A stretch of 64,000 bases of DNA, from NCBI GenBank assembly GCA_018238155.1, contig JABCTZ010000036.1, forward strand, positions 224,001 through 288,000. Reading direction: 5' to 3'. Source of the stretch: Candidatus Heimdallarchaeota archaeon. GTDB lineage: Archaea; Asgardarchaeota; Heimdallarchaeia; JABLTI01. The position numbers and the translations under genes were made by a program. Below, one piece after another: positions 49,923-59,194 of the stretch (within the stretch, counting starts at the first letter, position 1; every line of letters starts with the position of its first letter). Under the pieces are notes generated by a model. It was given only the letters and a program-made list of their open reading frames with translations. It ran no database searches and had not been told where the DNA came from.

Positions 49923-50708
49923 TCATTCTGGATCGTAAGCTTTATCTAAAGCCTCACCAATACGACAATTTTCACCTGCATTCATTTTCGGACAAATGAC
50001 TTTTTCGGCGATTACATAATCAATATCAATTTTGTTTTGTGAGATAATTTCCTTCACACGTAGATAAGCGACATTTCTTGCTTTTTCATCAATGTCTATT
50101 TTTATTTTTTTGGCTTGTAATTTTCCATTGATAAATGATGGTCCTGATATCTTTAGTTCGAAACTTTCGCACTCGACATCTTCATCTACTTCAATTGACC
50201 CTCGTGCGATAATCGATTTCTCAACTTTAATATTCCTTTTTGAAGTGAACCCACCAATTGCTATCAGATTTTCCGCTTCAATTTTACGATCTGATACAAG
50301 TCCACCTTCTACTTCAATTAGTCCATCAACTTTTATTTCTCCACCTGCTTTCACTCCACCTTTAACCTCAAGAGTTGCAGCTTTTATTCCTTCGCCAACA
50401 TTTACTCCACCAGATACTACAATTTCTCTTCCTTGAAATTTTCCCCCAGCAGTTACTCCTCCTTCAATATTGACTTCATATTCAGCAATGATATCTGAAC
50501 CTACGGTAATTCCACCCAAAACTTCGATATCATTAGCCCAGAGGCTGCCATCAATTTTAATTGACCCTTTTACATTCACATCATTTGCGTTTAGACTTCC
50601 TTTGCAAGTCAATCCACCTAAGATACGTACTTGATCAAAATCTCCATCGCCAGATATTATTGTTCCGGCTAATCCTTTTAGGTCAGGTTTTTTACTCATT
50701 TTAAACAC
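49923..50708 (-). CDS. Bactofilin-like polymer-forming beta-helix protein
   Basis: Repeated (I/V)xVxGG(I/V)xxGxxIxA units of about 17 aa. Confidence 0.65.
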   Translation of the reverse strand: MFKMSKKPDLKGLAGTIISGDGDFDQVRILGGLTCKGSLNANDVNVKGSIKIDGSLWANDIEVLGGITVGSDIIAEYEVNIEGGVTAGGKFQGREIVVSGGVNVGEGIKAATLEVKGGVKAGGEIKVDGLIEVEGGLVSDRKIEAENLIAIGGFTSKRNIKVEKSIIARGSIEVDEDVECESFELKISGPSFINGKLQAKKIKIDIDEKARNVAYLRVKEIISQNKIDIDYVIAEKVICPKMNAGENCRIGEALDKAYDPE

Positions 50709-50908
50709 CTATTTTTCTAATTGTCTATTTAATTCACTTTGTTATGGTTAGCTTTTCTTGAATAAAAATTAATCGAATTGTAGTTCTCTTTTAAATAGTT
50801 TTTTTTTCATAAAACGATTGAAGGTTTTTTTGAACCAATTACTTTAAAAACTTGGAGAATATTAAATTTATATTTACTTTAAAAAAGACTTTAAAATACG
50901 GTGAAGCA

Positions 50909-51658
50909 ATGCACTTTTACAACCCAACAAATTATGCATATCTTATTGGTGGTATTGTATCAATCATTGTTAGTATTTTAATTTTAACAAAAGATATTCG
51001 ACTTCCACTTAACATTCTATTAGCAACTACACTGTTCTTCTTTGGTATTTCGTTGTTGTTCAATGCTTTAACTTATCTTTTTACTACAATTGACCATGTA
51101 GGTGTGCAAATTATTCGAGATGTTTCCACAATTAGTGGTGGAATTGGTTCATTTCTTGCATTTATTACTGCTTTTACAATGTACAAGGGATTACACTATC
51201 TCAAAAAATGGCTCTTTATCATTCCAATTATAGTATTATGTATAGTAGATGTTACGATAGGAGCAATTTTTGATTATGTAGATACTGACAAAGTTTTGGG
51301 AGGAGTAAAAACAACTCAACCACTTTGGGTTATGATTTTTCTCTATGGGATACCGGTTATAATGCTAATTTTTAGCATCATCAATTTTTACCTTACAAGA
51401 AGAGAGGTAGAAGAGCAAATAATTAAAAAACGAATTTTATTTTTTATTCTTGGATTTTTCTTTCTGATTTTAGGTGTTCTGATATATGCCGTGTTTGGTA
51501 TTATAGAACAAGTTTTCGATTATCAATCTCAAACAGTGGAATACATAACTTGGATTTTTGCTTCACTCTCTTGGTGTGTAGGTCCCATACTAATGCTTGT
51601 GGGCTTTTATACTGGAAAATTCAGCAAAAATTCCACAGAAGAGATACAAGTTCTATAA
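50909..51658 (+). CDS. Stand-alone 7TM (HisKA_7TM-like) membrane protein
   Basis: Seven hydrophobic segments and no cytoplasmic output domain. ATG 50909 follows GGTGA (track start 50852). Confidence 0.6.
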   Translation: MHFYNPTNYAYLIGGIVSIIVSILILTKDIRLPLNILLATTLFFFGISLLFNALTYLFTTIDHVGVQIIRDVSTISGGIGSFLAFITAFTMYKGLHYLKKWLFIIPIIVLCIVDVTIGAIFDYVDTDKVLGGVKTTQPLWVMIFLYGIPVIMLIFSIINFYLTRREVEEQIIKKRILFFILGFFFLILGVLIYAVFGIIEQVFDYQSQTVEYITWIFASLSWCVGPILMLVGFYTGKFSKNSTEEIQVL

Positions 51659-51826
51659 AAACAAAAGGATCTTTTTTGTTTCCAATTTAGAATCTAAATT
51701 ATTGTCTATTAATTTCTTCAATAGTATAATTGGAACACTTTATAAATATTTGAGAGGTATAGTAATATGTGCTTGCAAGTGTTCAACTTGTCTTGCTAGA
51801 AAAATAGCCTAAACGGTGAAATTATT

Positions 51827-53446
51827 TTGAGGTCGAAAAATCTTGTATTAGTAACCTTTGTTCTTCTAATGCTCACACCAATCTTTGCAGTTAGTAGTAG
51901 TAGTGTACCAGATAAAACATACTCTACTCCCACAGATTGGAATTCGAGTGTAGGAGTTACTCCAGGGTTAACAATCAAATATACAATTAATGAGTTAGTT
52001 GCTCCATCAATGGATAATTTAACTATTCCAAATCTTGCCGGCAATTATCTCTATGTTAAAGTTATGTCCGTAGAAGATGATTATACATTCTCATCTGAAG
52101 AAGGTGTTCTCATTCGATATGGATTGGGTATTATTTTTAAAAAGGATGCGACATTCACTATTCGTGAAGGTTTTGCAGCAGCAGATTTTACTATACCAGC
52201 TGGTTCTGCAACTCCAGCAATGGTAATAGCTGGTGTTCCCCATTTTAATAATACTTTTGCACCCACATCTCCATTCTTCTTAAATAACGATTGGATTGAA
52301 CATAAAGATGTGTTAGATTCTCATGGGTTCAATGTTGTTGCTACTTCTTCTGAATTTGCAGTTTCCTTAAATAATGGAACTGGATCCATCTCAGCAAAGT
52401 GGCGAAAATCAGATGGTCTCTTGACTTCTATGGTTGTTGATGATATCTATGTAATGGGTATGAATTACTCAGGATTAAATTTGGATATCAGTCTATTATC
52501 GACAGAAGACAAAGGATTAGAGGTCGCTGTTGGTGATGAATTCATTTTGAAAAATGAATTTGCTTCTATGGAGATCACAGGTAGTGGTGATTTGTTTGAA
52601 ACAAATGAAACCCAATTCTCTTCTATGGAAGAAGAATATGAGTCAATTAAAGATGAGATAATGTTAAAATACACTGTTACAGAAATCGAAGGGTTATACT
52701 ACAAATGTGATGCTTCTGTTTTTGATTATGAAAAGAAAACTTTGGTTCCTTCTGAATTACCTGTTGTTTTCAATGGTTTTTTGGGTGCTATTGATGTTCA
52801 AGACCCACCTATGATTTATGATGCATTACTTGATCCACATATAACAAAAGGACCTGTTGCTTCAGCAACATATATTCCTGCAATTGCTCCAGTAATTACT
52901 CCTGATTTTGATATATACGGTGGATATTTAGTACTTGCAGACACATTAGTAGGTGTCTATTTGAATGATTTATTGGGCTTTTTACCAGCAATCTCTGAAT
53001 TGGAAGATCTTACTATAGATACTATCGAAGGAGACTTCTTCATGTCTGAGAAAAGAGGTTATGTCTACTTCCAAGAATCACTTAATGCTGAACTTTCATA
53101 CGATTATGAGATTTCTACTAGTCCTTTCTCTGCACAATTTACACTCGCATTTGATATTGGAGTTACTATTCAAGAAGAAGGATGGTTGGCATACCACGAA
53201 TCAGGTTTGGTCGCTGGAATGCGAATGAAATCAGATATTACTATAGAAGTAACTACAGATACATCTGTTTCAGGATTACCAACGGGTCAATTGACAATCC
53301 GTATTGACTTTAAGGTTGAAAATCCTGACTTTAATCCCCCAGATCCATTAGGTAGAGGTGTTATCCCAGGTTATACTTGGTTTGTAGTAATCCCAGCATT
53401 ACTCAGTCTTGCTGCAGTTGGTTTAATCTCTCGTAGAAGAAATTAG
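51827..53446 (+). CDS. Secreted surface protein with two similar domains and a PGF-CTERM-like sorting signal
   Basis: Signal peptide; domains start GVTPGLTIKY and EVAVGDEFIL; C-terminus IPGY, TM helix, RRRN. Confidence 0.7.
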   Translation: MRSKNLVLVTFVLLMLTPIFAVSSSSVPDKTYSTPTDWNSSVGVTPGLTIKYTINELVAPSMDNLTIPNLAGNYLYVKVMSVEDDYTFSSEEGVLIRYGLGIIFKKDATFTIREGFAAADFTIPAGSATPAMVIAGVPHFNNTFAPTSPFFLNNDWIEHKDVLDSHGFNVVATSSEFAVSLNNGTGSISAKWRKSDGLLTSMVVDDIYVMGMNYSGLNLDISLLSTEDKGLEVAVGDEFILKNEFASMEITGSGDLFETNETQFSSMEEEYESIKDEIMLKYTVTEIEGLYYKCDASVFDYEKKTLVPSELPVVFNGFLGAIDVQDPPMIYDALLDPHITKGPVASATYIPAIAPVITPDFDIYGGYLVLADTLVGVYLNDLLGFLPAISELEDLTIDTIEGDFFMSEKRGYVYFQESLNAELSYDYEISTSPFSAQFTLAFDIGVTIQEEGWLAYHESGLVAGMRMKSDITIEVTTDTSVSGLPTGQLTIRIDFKVENPDFNPPDPLGRGVIPGYTWFVVIPALLSLAAVGLISRRRN

Positions 53447-53460
53447 CTTTTACATAATGA

Positions 53461-53497
53461 AAGTGCGTAAGTTTCGCACTTCTCCTCTTTCTTTTTT
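53461..53497 (+). terminator. Hairpin plus pyrimidine tract
   Basis: AAGTGCG-taagttt-CGCACTT followed by a C/T run. Confidence 0.6.
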
Positions 53498-53639
53498 CAT
53501 CATCAAAATTTGTTTTTGAATTTAGCTCTTTTTAAATCAAATTTATCAAGTGTTCCAATGAAAAGGAGTTTATACTATCATAAGTTGAGTCTTTGCTTCC
53601 GCTTTAGGGATTTTGTGAGTAGACCTATTGAAATAGTCT

Positions 53640-55091
53640 GTGAACAAAATGGCTTCGGAATTAGATGATACTACTGATGAGCTGAACAAGTTCAAACAAT
53701 TTTATAAAGTTATTTTAGTTTGTCTAAGAAAATTATTGTTGATACCTGAAGTAAGGATCATTTTTCTGTTAGTAATTGTTCGTTTAGTGTTCATCGTATT
53801 TACTCACTGGGGCATGGATTTTGATTTTTATATTGAAGTTTCTCAAAGAATTTTAGCCGGGGAACATCTATATACTGATTTTGATTCCACTCATATGCCC
53901 TTAGTTGATTTAATTTATCTTGCAATGTACACCATTTGCCCTTGGAAAGGAAGTATTATTGCATTACGTATTTTTATGAAATTTCCTTTTCTCATATCTG
54001 ATATTGGAATTGCCTTGGCAGTAATGAAAATTATAGAATTTGATCGTAAAAAAGAATTTGTTGCTGACACTGAATTGACTGTAGAACAATTTGTTAGTAT
54101 TAGAAAAGCAAAATTGATTGCCGGCTATTTTATAGTATTTAGTTTACCTCTTATCTTTCAAACTAGTGGGGGAAGATACGATAGCTTGATGATATTCTGT
54201 TTTACTATGGTGGTTTATTATCTTCAAAGAAATAATTGGTTTGGAGTTGCTTTTTTTGCTGCTTTAGGTACTTCAACAAAATATATTGGCATTATCTTCC
54301 TTCCCTTTGTCATTTTCTGGATGCGTAAAGAAGATTTCAAACCATTTGTTTTTGGTTTACTTCTTGGTTTTTTGCCCATTTACCCTTTTCTCATTATTTG
54401 CCCTGAAGGTTTCATTAGTACTATCTTAAATCGTAGTAGTCATATTGTTTATGGTTTTTCACTGTGGCATGCGATTTATATTATTTGGAATAATTTTTCT
54501 TTAAAATATGTTACAGGTATTGAAGCAACTTATGATAGTAGTGGAGAACCTTGGTTTGTTTGTGATTACTATATGCCAGTTTTTATTGCTTTTTATTCAC
54601 AAATTTTTATTTTTTATTTGTTATTTTGGTGGAAGATTATGCGTTCAGAATCCATTGATCAGCAATCACTCTCAACTTTGATTAGTATAGTTTTTATTCC
54701 ACTGTTTATTTTTAGCTTAACCTTCAAAGCAATCAATATCCAAGTATTGGCTTGGTTTATACCGTATATTGCATTGAGAAGTAAATTTGATTTGGCTTTA
54801 GAATACACTTTTCTTACTATAGTAAATGGCTTTGGTTTGATAGTCTTTCAAGCATATCATCCTGTTCCTTTTGCAAAATTGTCCAATGCTGCTGCAGGAG
54901 CAGGCTCCGTGTTTGATTTAATTGTGATACAACCAGTAATCTATCTTAAAAATCAAACTTCAGAATCAGTTTGGGTCAGTGTTGTTTTTATATCAATATT
55001 CTGGTTTCTAATTCGAACTTCAATTGAATTGTTTCTCTGTTTCAAAGAGCTACTATCAAATGCACAACAAATAAGAATCTCTGCTAGTTGA
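53640..55091 (+). CDS. GT-C fold glycosyltransferase (GT87/PIG-M-like)
   Basis: DFD after TM1, KFPFLISD, GRYDSL, STKY; more than ten TM helices. Confidence 0.7.
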   Translation: MNKMASELDDTTDELNKFKQFYKVILVCLRKLLLIPEVRIIFLLVIVRLVFIVFTHWGMDFDFYIEVSQRILAGEHLYTDFDSTHMPLVDLIYLAMYTICPWKGSIIALRIFMKFPFLISDIGIALAVMKIIEFDRKKEFVADTELTVEQFVSIRKAKLIAGYFIVFSLPLIFQTSGGRYDSLMIFCFTMVVYYLQRNNWFGVAFFAALGTSTKYIGIIFLPFVIFWMRKEDFKPFVFGLLLGFLPIYPFLIICPEGFISTILNRSSHIVYGFSLWHAIYIIWNNFSLKYVTGIEATYDSSGEPWFVCDYYMPVFIAFYSQIFIFYLLFWWKIMRSESIDQQSLSTLISIVFIPLFIFSLTFKAINIQVLAWFIPYIALRSKFDLALEYTFLTIVNGFGLIVFQAYHPVPFAKLSNAAAGAGSVFDLIVIQPVIYLKNQTSESVWVSVVFISIFWFLIRTSIELFLCFKELLSNAQQIRISAS

Positions 55092-55180
55092 TATATTAGT
55101 TATTTTTTCGTTTATTTCTATACTATAATTCAAATGATTTCTAAATACTTATTATAGCTTGTCTATTCAAGAAGAGTATC

Positions 55181-56137
55181 ATGGCTCAATGTAATTATCT
55201 TGGTTGTGAACGAAGTGAAGCACTACCATTTAAATGCAAATATTGTGGCAAATCTTTCTGTACGAAACATCGTCTTCCGGAAAATCATGCCTGTGAAAAA
55301 TTACATCTGAGTAAATCACCTATTTCTATTGAATCTAGCACTAAAATAGCAACTAAAGAACAGCTTGATTTTCAAGTTCCAAAAACTCGACAAGATAAAC
55401 GATTTACAACATATGATTTTGATGATGATTCACAATATTTTAGTAAAGGTTCGGATGGCAATATTTATTCTGTAAAATCTACAGAGAAACAAACACAAAG
55501 AAGAGCATTTTTTTCACAAGTGGGTGATTCTTTTACTACTGGAAAAGAATTTCTAGATATTTTAATAGCCTCTCTAATTGTTATGCTTTCCTTTGGTTTC
55601 ACAGCCATTGTTATGTCTCATGTTGGTTGGGTTTTTTCTGGTTTCATTCTTGCAATTATTCTAGTGTCATACCTCTCCACAATCATCCCCCGTAAATTAC
55701 TTGCAAAGAGATTTGGTTGCACTTCACGATTCATGTTAACCAAACTTGGTTTGCTGATTTCTGCTTTAACTATTATCTCTCCCATAAAGTATCTAAGCCC
55801 TGGAATGCTGGTGATTCCCGAGTTAGATTATATTGCAAAGAAAAGAAGTGGTATAATTAGTGCAGTTGGTTCAATGATTAATATTGCTCTTGGAACAGTC
55901 TTCATTATTCTTGGAATATTATTACCTGATTTCTCAATTGCAATTCTCATGCTAACTGGTGCATTCATCACTTCACAAATAACTCTCTTGAGATTAATTC
56001 CCATGCGTTTCTTACCTGGTAAGAGAATTTTAAATTGGAGTTGGCCTCTATTTACAATTATGCTAGTATTAACATTAGCAATCTTTATCTTATCAATTCT
56101 ATTTGGTGTAATGGGTCAACCTATTATAACAATCTAA
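55181..56137 (+). CDS. AN1 zinc finger fused to an M50 peptidase-like membrane domain lacking catalytic motifs
   Basis: CNYLGC..LPFKCKYCGKSFCTKHRLPENHAC; M50-like TM domain (GIISAVGSMINI). Confidence 0.75.
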   Translation: MAQCNYLGCERSEALPFKCKYCGKSFCTKHRLPENHACEKLHLSKSPISIESSTKIATKEQLDFQVPKTRQDKRFTTYDFDDDSQYFSKGSDGNIYSVKSTEKQTQRRAFFSQVGDSFTTGKEFLDILIASLIVMLSFGFTAIVMSHVGWVFSGFILAIILVSYLSTIIPRKLLAKRFGCTSRFMLTKLGLLISALTIISPIKYLSPGMLVIPELDYIAKKRSGIISAVGSMINIALGTVFIILGILLPDFSIAILMLTGAFITSQITLLRLIPMRFLPGKRILNWSWPLFTIMLVLTLAIFILSILFGVMGQPIITI

Positions 56138-58935
56138 TTTCTAATTGCAATAGCAATATTCTCTTTTGAAAATTTATTTATAGTTGGTAGAATTGTTAGT
56201 GCAGAAATTAACAATAACGCCAAAATAAATATTGGAATTCCAATGTAATCGAAGGAGAATGTATAGGGTAAAATATTATTGCTTGTGAAAATCGGGCGAT
56301 TTATAACCATTGCTAGAAATGCAAATGGTATTCCAATAATCAATCCGGCAATGATTGAAACAAAATTTACTATTAACAACTCATTCAAAATCAAAGTTAA
56401 TAGATTTCTATTTGAGTTTCCAATTGTATTCAAAATAGCATTGTATTGCTTTCTTTGTGTCATTAAGAATTCAAGATTTGTTAATAAAATTATCATTCCA
56501 ATAATATTTAACATAACAATTTGAAATAAAATAAATGAATTTGTTTTTGGTATATAGAGGTTGATGTATTGACCTACATACTGTTCATTAATTATCTCAG
56601 AGTTTATAGATAAAATATCAGTAAAGGTTTTTAGCTCTTCAATAGTCTCATCAAAGTTTGAGCTCTTTGTTTGTTTAGCCAGGAAGAGACTTGTGGCAGA
56701 AACAGCATAATCAATTTGTACCTTTCTCTGATTTACCAATATATATTCTTGACTTGTTTGACCAATTTCAATATTATCTCCATACGCCAAACCAAATCCC
56801 GGTGCAGAATGGATGATTCCTGAAACACTAAAAATTTCTATATAGCTTCTATTGGGCATTTCTCTAACAGGTATAATTGACCCTACAGTTAGATTCAGTT
56901 TTTTTGCGAGAACATCACTAACAATTGCTCCATCTTGAGTATTATTTAACTTTAGCAATGCAGTCTCAACATCACCATTTTGATTTGAAGCCATCTCCCA
57001 CCGACCGATATCCAGATATTTTATTGGATCAATTCCATGAACAGTAACGCTATTATAAATTAATTTACCTTCTACACTAAGTACAGGCATTACATCTTCT
57101 ATTCCTGTTATGTTGTTTAAGCTCTCACAAAAATCTATGTCAATATAGGATGTATGAATGCGAAAATCTGCTCCATTATTATAATTCTGTTCATCATAAT
57201 AATTTCCAGAATTAGTTGCATACATACTCAAATAGAAAACATTCACACTTGCTAAAATAATTAGAACCAAAAGCAACGAAGAAATCTTTGACTTGGAATG
57301 TTTAAACGTATTTGCAATAAAGAAAGAATTCTTTTTGAACAGTTTATCATATAAAGATTTTATTTTTCCCAACATTGACTTTATTCCGATTGATGCAATA
57401 AACGAAATTAACATTACTAGTAAAATTATGAGTAAAAAGCTTACCATATTTTGTTGTGTTTGTTCTTTAGTAAAATTATAGATTTCATTAATTTCAAGAA
57501 AGGATAAAATTCCAAATGCTAAGAGTAGAGCTACAATTGAAATGAATGCTGTTGAGATAGCAATTATTGAAGTGGTTTTTTGAATTCTTTCTCGATTTCT
57601 CTTTTGGTGTTCTTCTAAACCACTGTCAAAAATTGTGTTGAATTTAATTATTGCAAAAATACCTATGATTAAGAGAGTACTTAAACACATATAGAATAGC
57701 ATTGAAAATGGAAATATCACACTACTAATGAATTCAGTAAATGCTGCCCAAGTAAATGAACCAGAAGTAAATGCTGGTATTAAGGCTGCAATGCCAAAAG
57801 AGCTAGTTATTGAAATAATAAAACCAATTATTGTAAGTATCAGGAATTCTAATAATAAGACAGTAAAGACTTGCCATTTTTCTCCTCCCCTTTCCTTATA
57901 TGTGTCAATTTGATTCTTTCTATTTTCAATTACTATATTTGTTGTGAACAATGAAAGTATTATGCTTATTACAACAACTGGAATTGCAAATATCAAGGCA
58001 GATTTAGAGACGCTATAGGCTTTGTCTAATTCTTTGATAGGTGCTTCTAGAATCATAGATTGAGATGATTGATAGGCAATTTTTAATCTGCTAGTTAAAT
58101 CGCGAATTTTTGGCATAATTTGATCTATGCCATCTTTTTTGAGTAATTTAATATCGCACTTCACTAACAACTCTGGTTGTAAACCGTTTTGTTTCATAAT
58201 CGTTGTATGGTTTATCATATTTTCTGACAGAAAAATAATCGAATCTTTAAGAAAAGTTATTGGCAAGACTTTTTGGATCATGGATACTGTTGGAATAGTT
58301 CGATATATTCCTCTAATTGTTACATTATAGAAATGCTCAAGATCACAATTGAATAGATACACTTCCCCCATCTCTGGACCATTTTTTGCTATGCTGACGT
58401 TCATTTTCATTCCAGGTTCAATTTCATACCCATAAATCCGTTCAATTTCCTGTGCTTCAAATTCACTAATCAATACTTCATTTTCTTGTAATTCAAAATC
58501 ACCTTTCACTAGAAATTGTGATTGGATTCTTTGTATTGCTTCTTTTGGTAGGAGTATTAATGATGTTAAGGATACTGGATCGTTCATATCGTCCTGATCA
58601 TCTTCTGGAGCAAAACGATATGTAACTGGTTTGTCTTCAGCATTGAAAAAGGCAATATTATAGTAAATTTCTGCTATTTCTTGAACAATTGGATCATTTT
58701 CTAAGAATTCTTTGATTCCGGGTAAATCTTTGTATAAATAGGTTGAAACTTTTAATTCATAATCTTGATCCACTAAAAAATCTTGAGCAGCTAAGTCTTC
58801 AGCCGTTGAAGACCACAATTGTAGTGATAGCAACAAAGTTATTGATATTATAATCCCTAATGTATAGATTGTAGATTGCTTCTTACTGTTGGAAATATTT
58901 TTCAAAGCTGATGTGAAATAGAATTTAAAGCCCAT
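56134..58935 (-). CDS. FtsX/MacB-like ABC transporter permease with no adjacent ATPase
   Basis: Two extracytoplasmic domains, KERGG coupling helix, YNNGADFRI, TM bundles. Confidence 0.8.
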   Translation of the reverse strand: MGFKFYFTSALKNISNSKKQSTIYTLGIIISITLLLSLQLWSSTAEDLAAQDFLVDQDYELKVSTYLYKDLPGIKEFLENDPIVQEIAEIYYNIAFFNAEDKPVTYRFAPEDDQDDMNDPVSLTSLILLPKEAIQRIQSQFLVKGDFELQENEVLISEFEAQEIERIYGYEIEPGMKMNVSIAKNGPEMGEVYLFNCDLEHFYNVTIRGIYRTIPTVSMIQKVLPITFLKDSIIFLSENMINHTTIMKQNGLQPELLVKCDIKLLKKDGIDQIMPKIRDLTSRLKIAYQSSQSMILEAPIKELDKAYSVSKSALIFAIPVVVISIILSLFTTNIVIENRKNQIDTYKERGGEKWQVFTVLLLEFLILTIIGFIISITSSFGIAALIPAFTSGSFTWAAFTEFISSVIFPFSMLFYMCLSTLLIIGIFAIIKFNTIFDSGLEEHQKRNRERIQKTTSIIAISTAFISIVALLLAFGILSFLEINEIYNFTKEQTQQNMVSFLLIILLVMLISFIASIGIKSMLGKIKSLYDKLFKKNSFFIANTFKHSKSKISSLLLVLIILASVNVFYLSMYATNSGNYYDEQNYNNGADFRIHTSYIDIDFCESLNNITGIEDVMPVLSVEGKLIYNSVTVHGIDPIKYLDIGRWEMASNQNGDVETALLKLNNTQDGAIVSDVLAKKLNLTVGSIIPVREMPNRSYIEIFSVSGIIHSAPGFGLAYGDNIEIGQTSQEYILVNQRKVQIDYAVSATSLFLAKQTKSSNFDETIEELKTFTDILSINSEIINEQYVGQYINLYIPKTNSFILFQIVMLNIIGMIILLTNLEFLMTQRKQYNAILNTIGNSNRNLLTLILNELLIVNFVSIIAGLIIGIPFAFLAMVINRPIFTSNNILPYTFSFDYIGIPIFILALLLISALTILPTINKFSKENIAIAIRN

Positions 58936-59194
58936 TTTTTAATCACTCTTTAGGGAAATAAGAGACTTCGGATTATCTTAACATCTAATTGATAAATAAC
59001 CAAAGTATTAATAATACTTAGTTAAACCTTGATAATTCCTTCAAATCAGAGTATTTTGATTTATAACATTGCAATGTCAATCTACTTTAGATTCTAAAGA
59101 AAATAGTAAATTAAGACTATTTGCTATGCTAGATACGAATAACAAGATATCTCTCTTAAAGAGAAAATATCACACGGATGAGGTTGTTATAATA

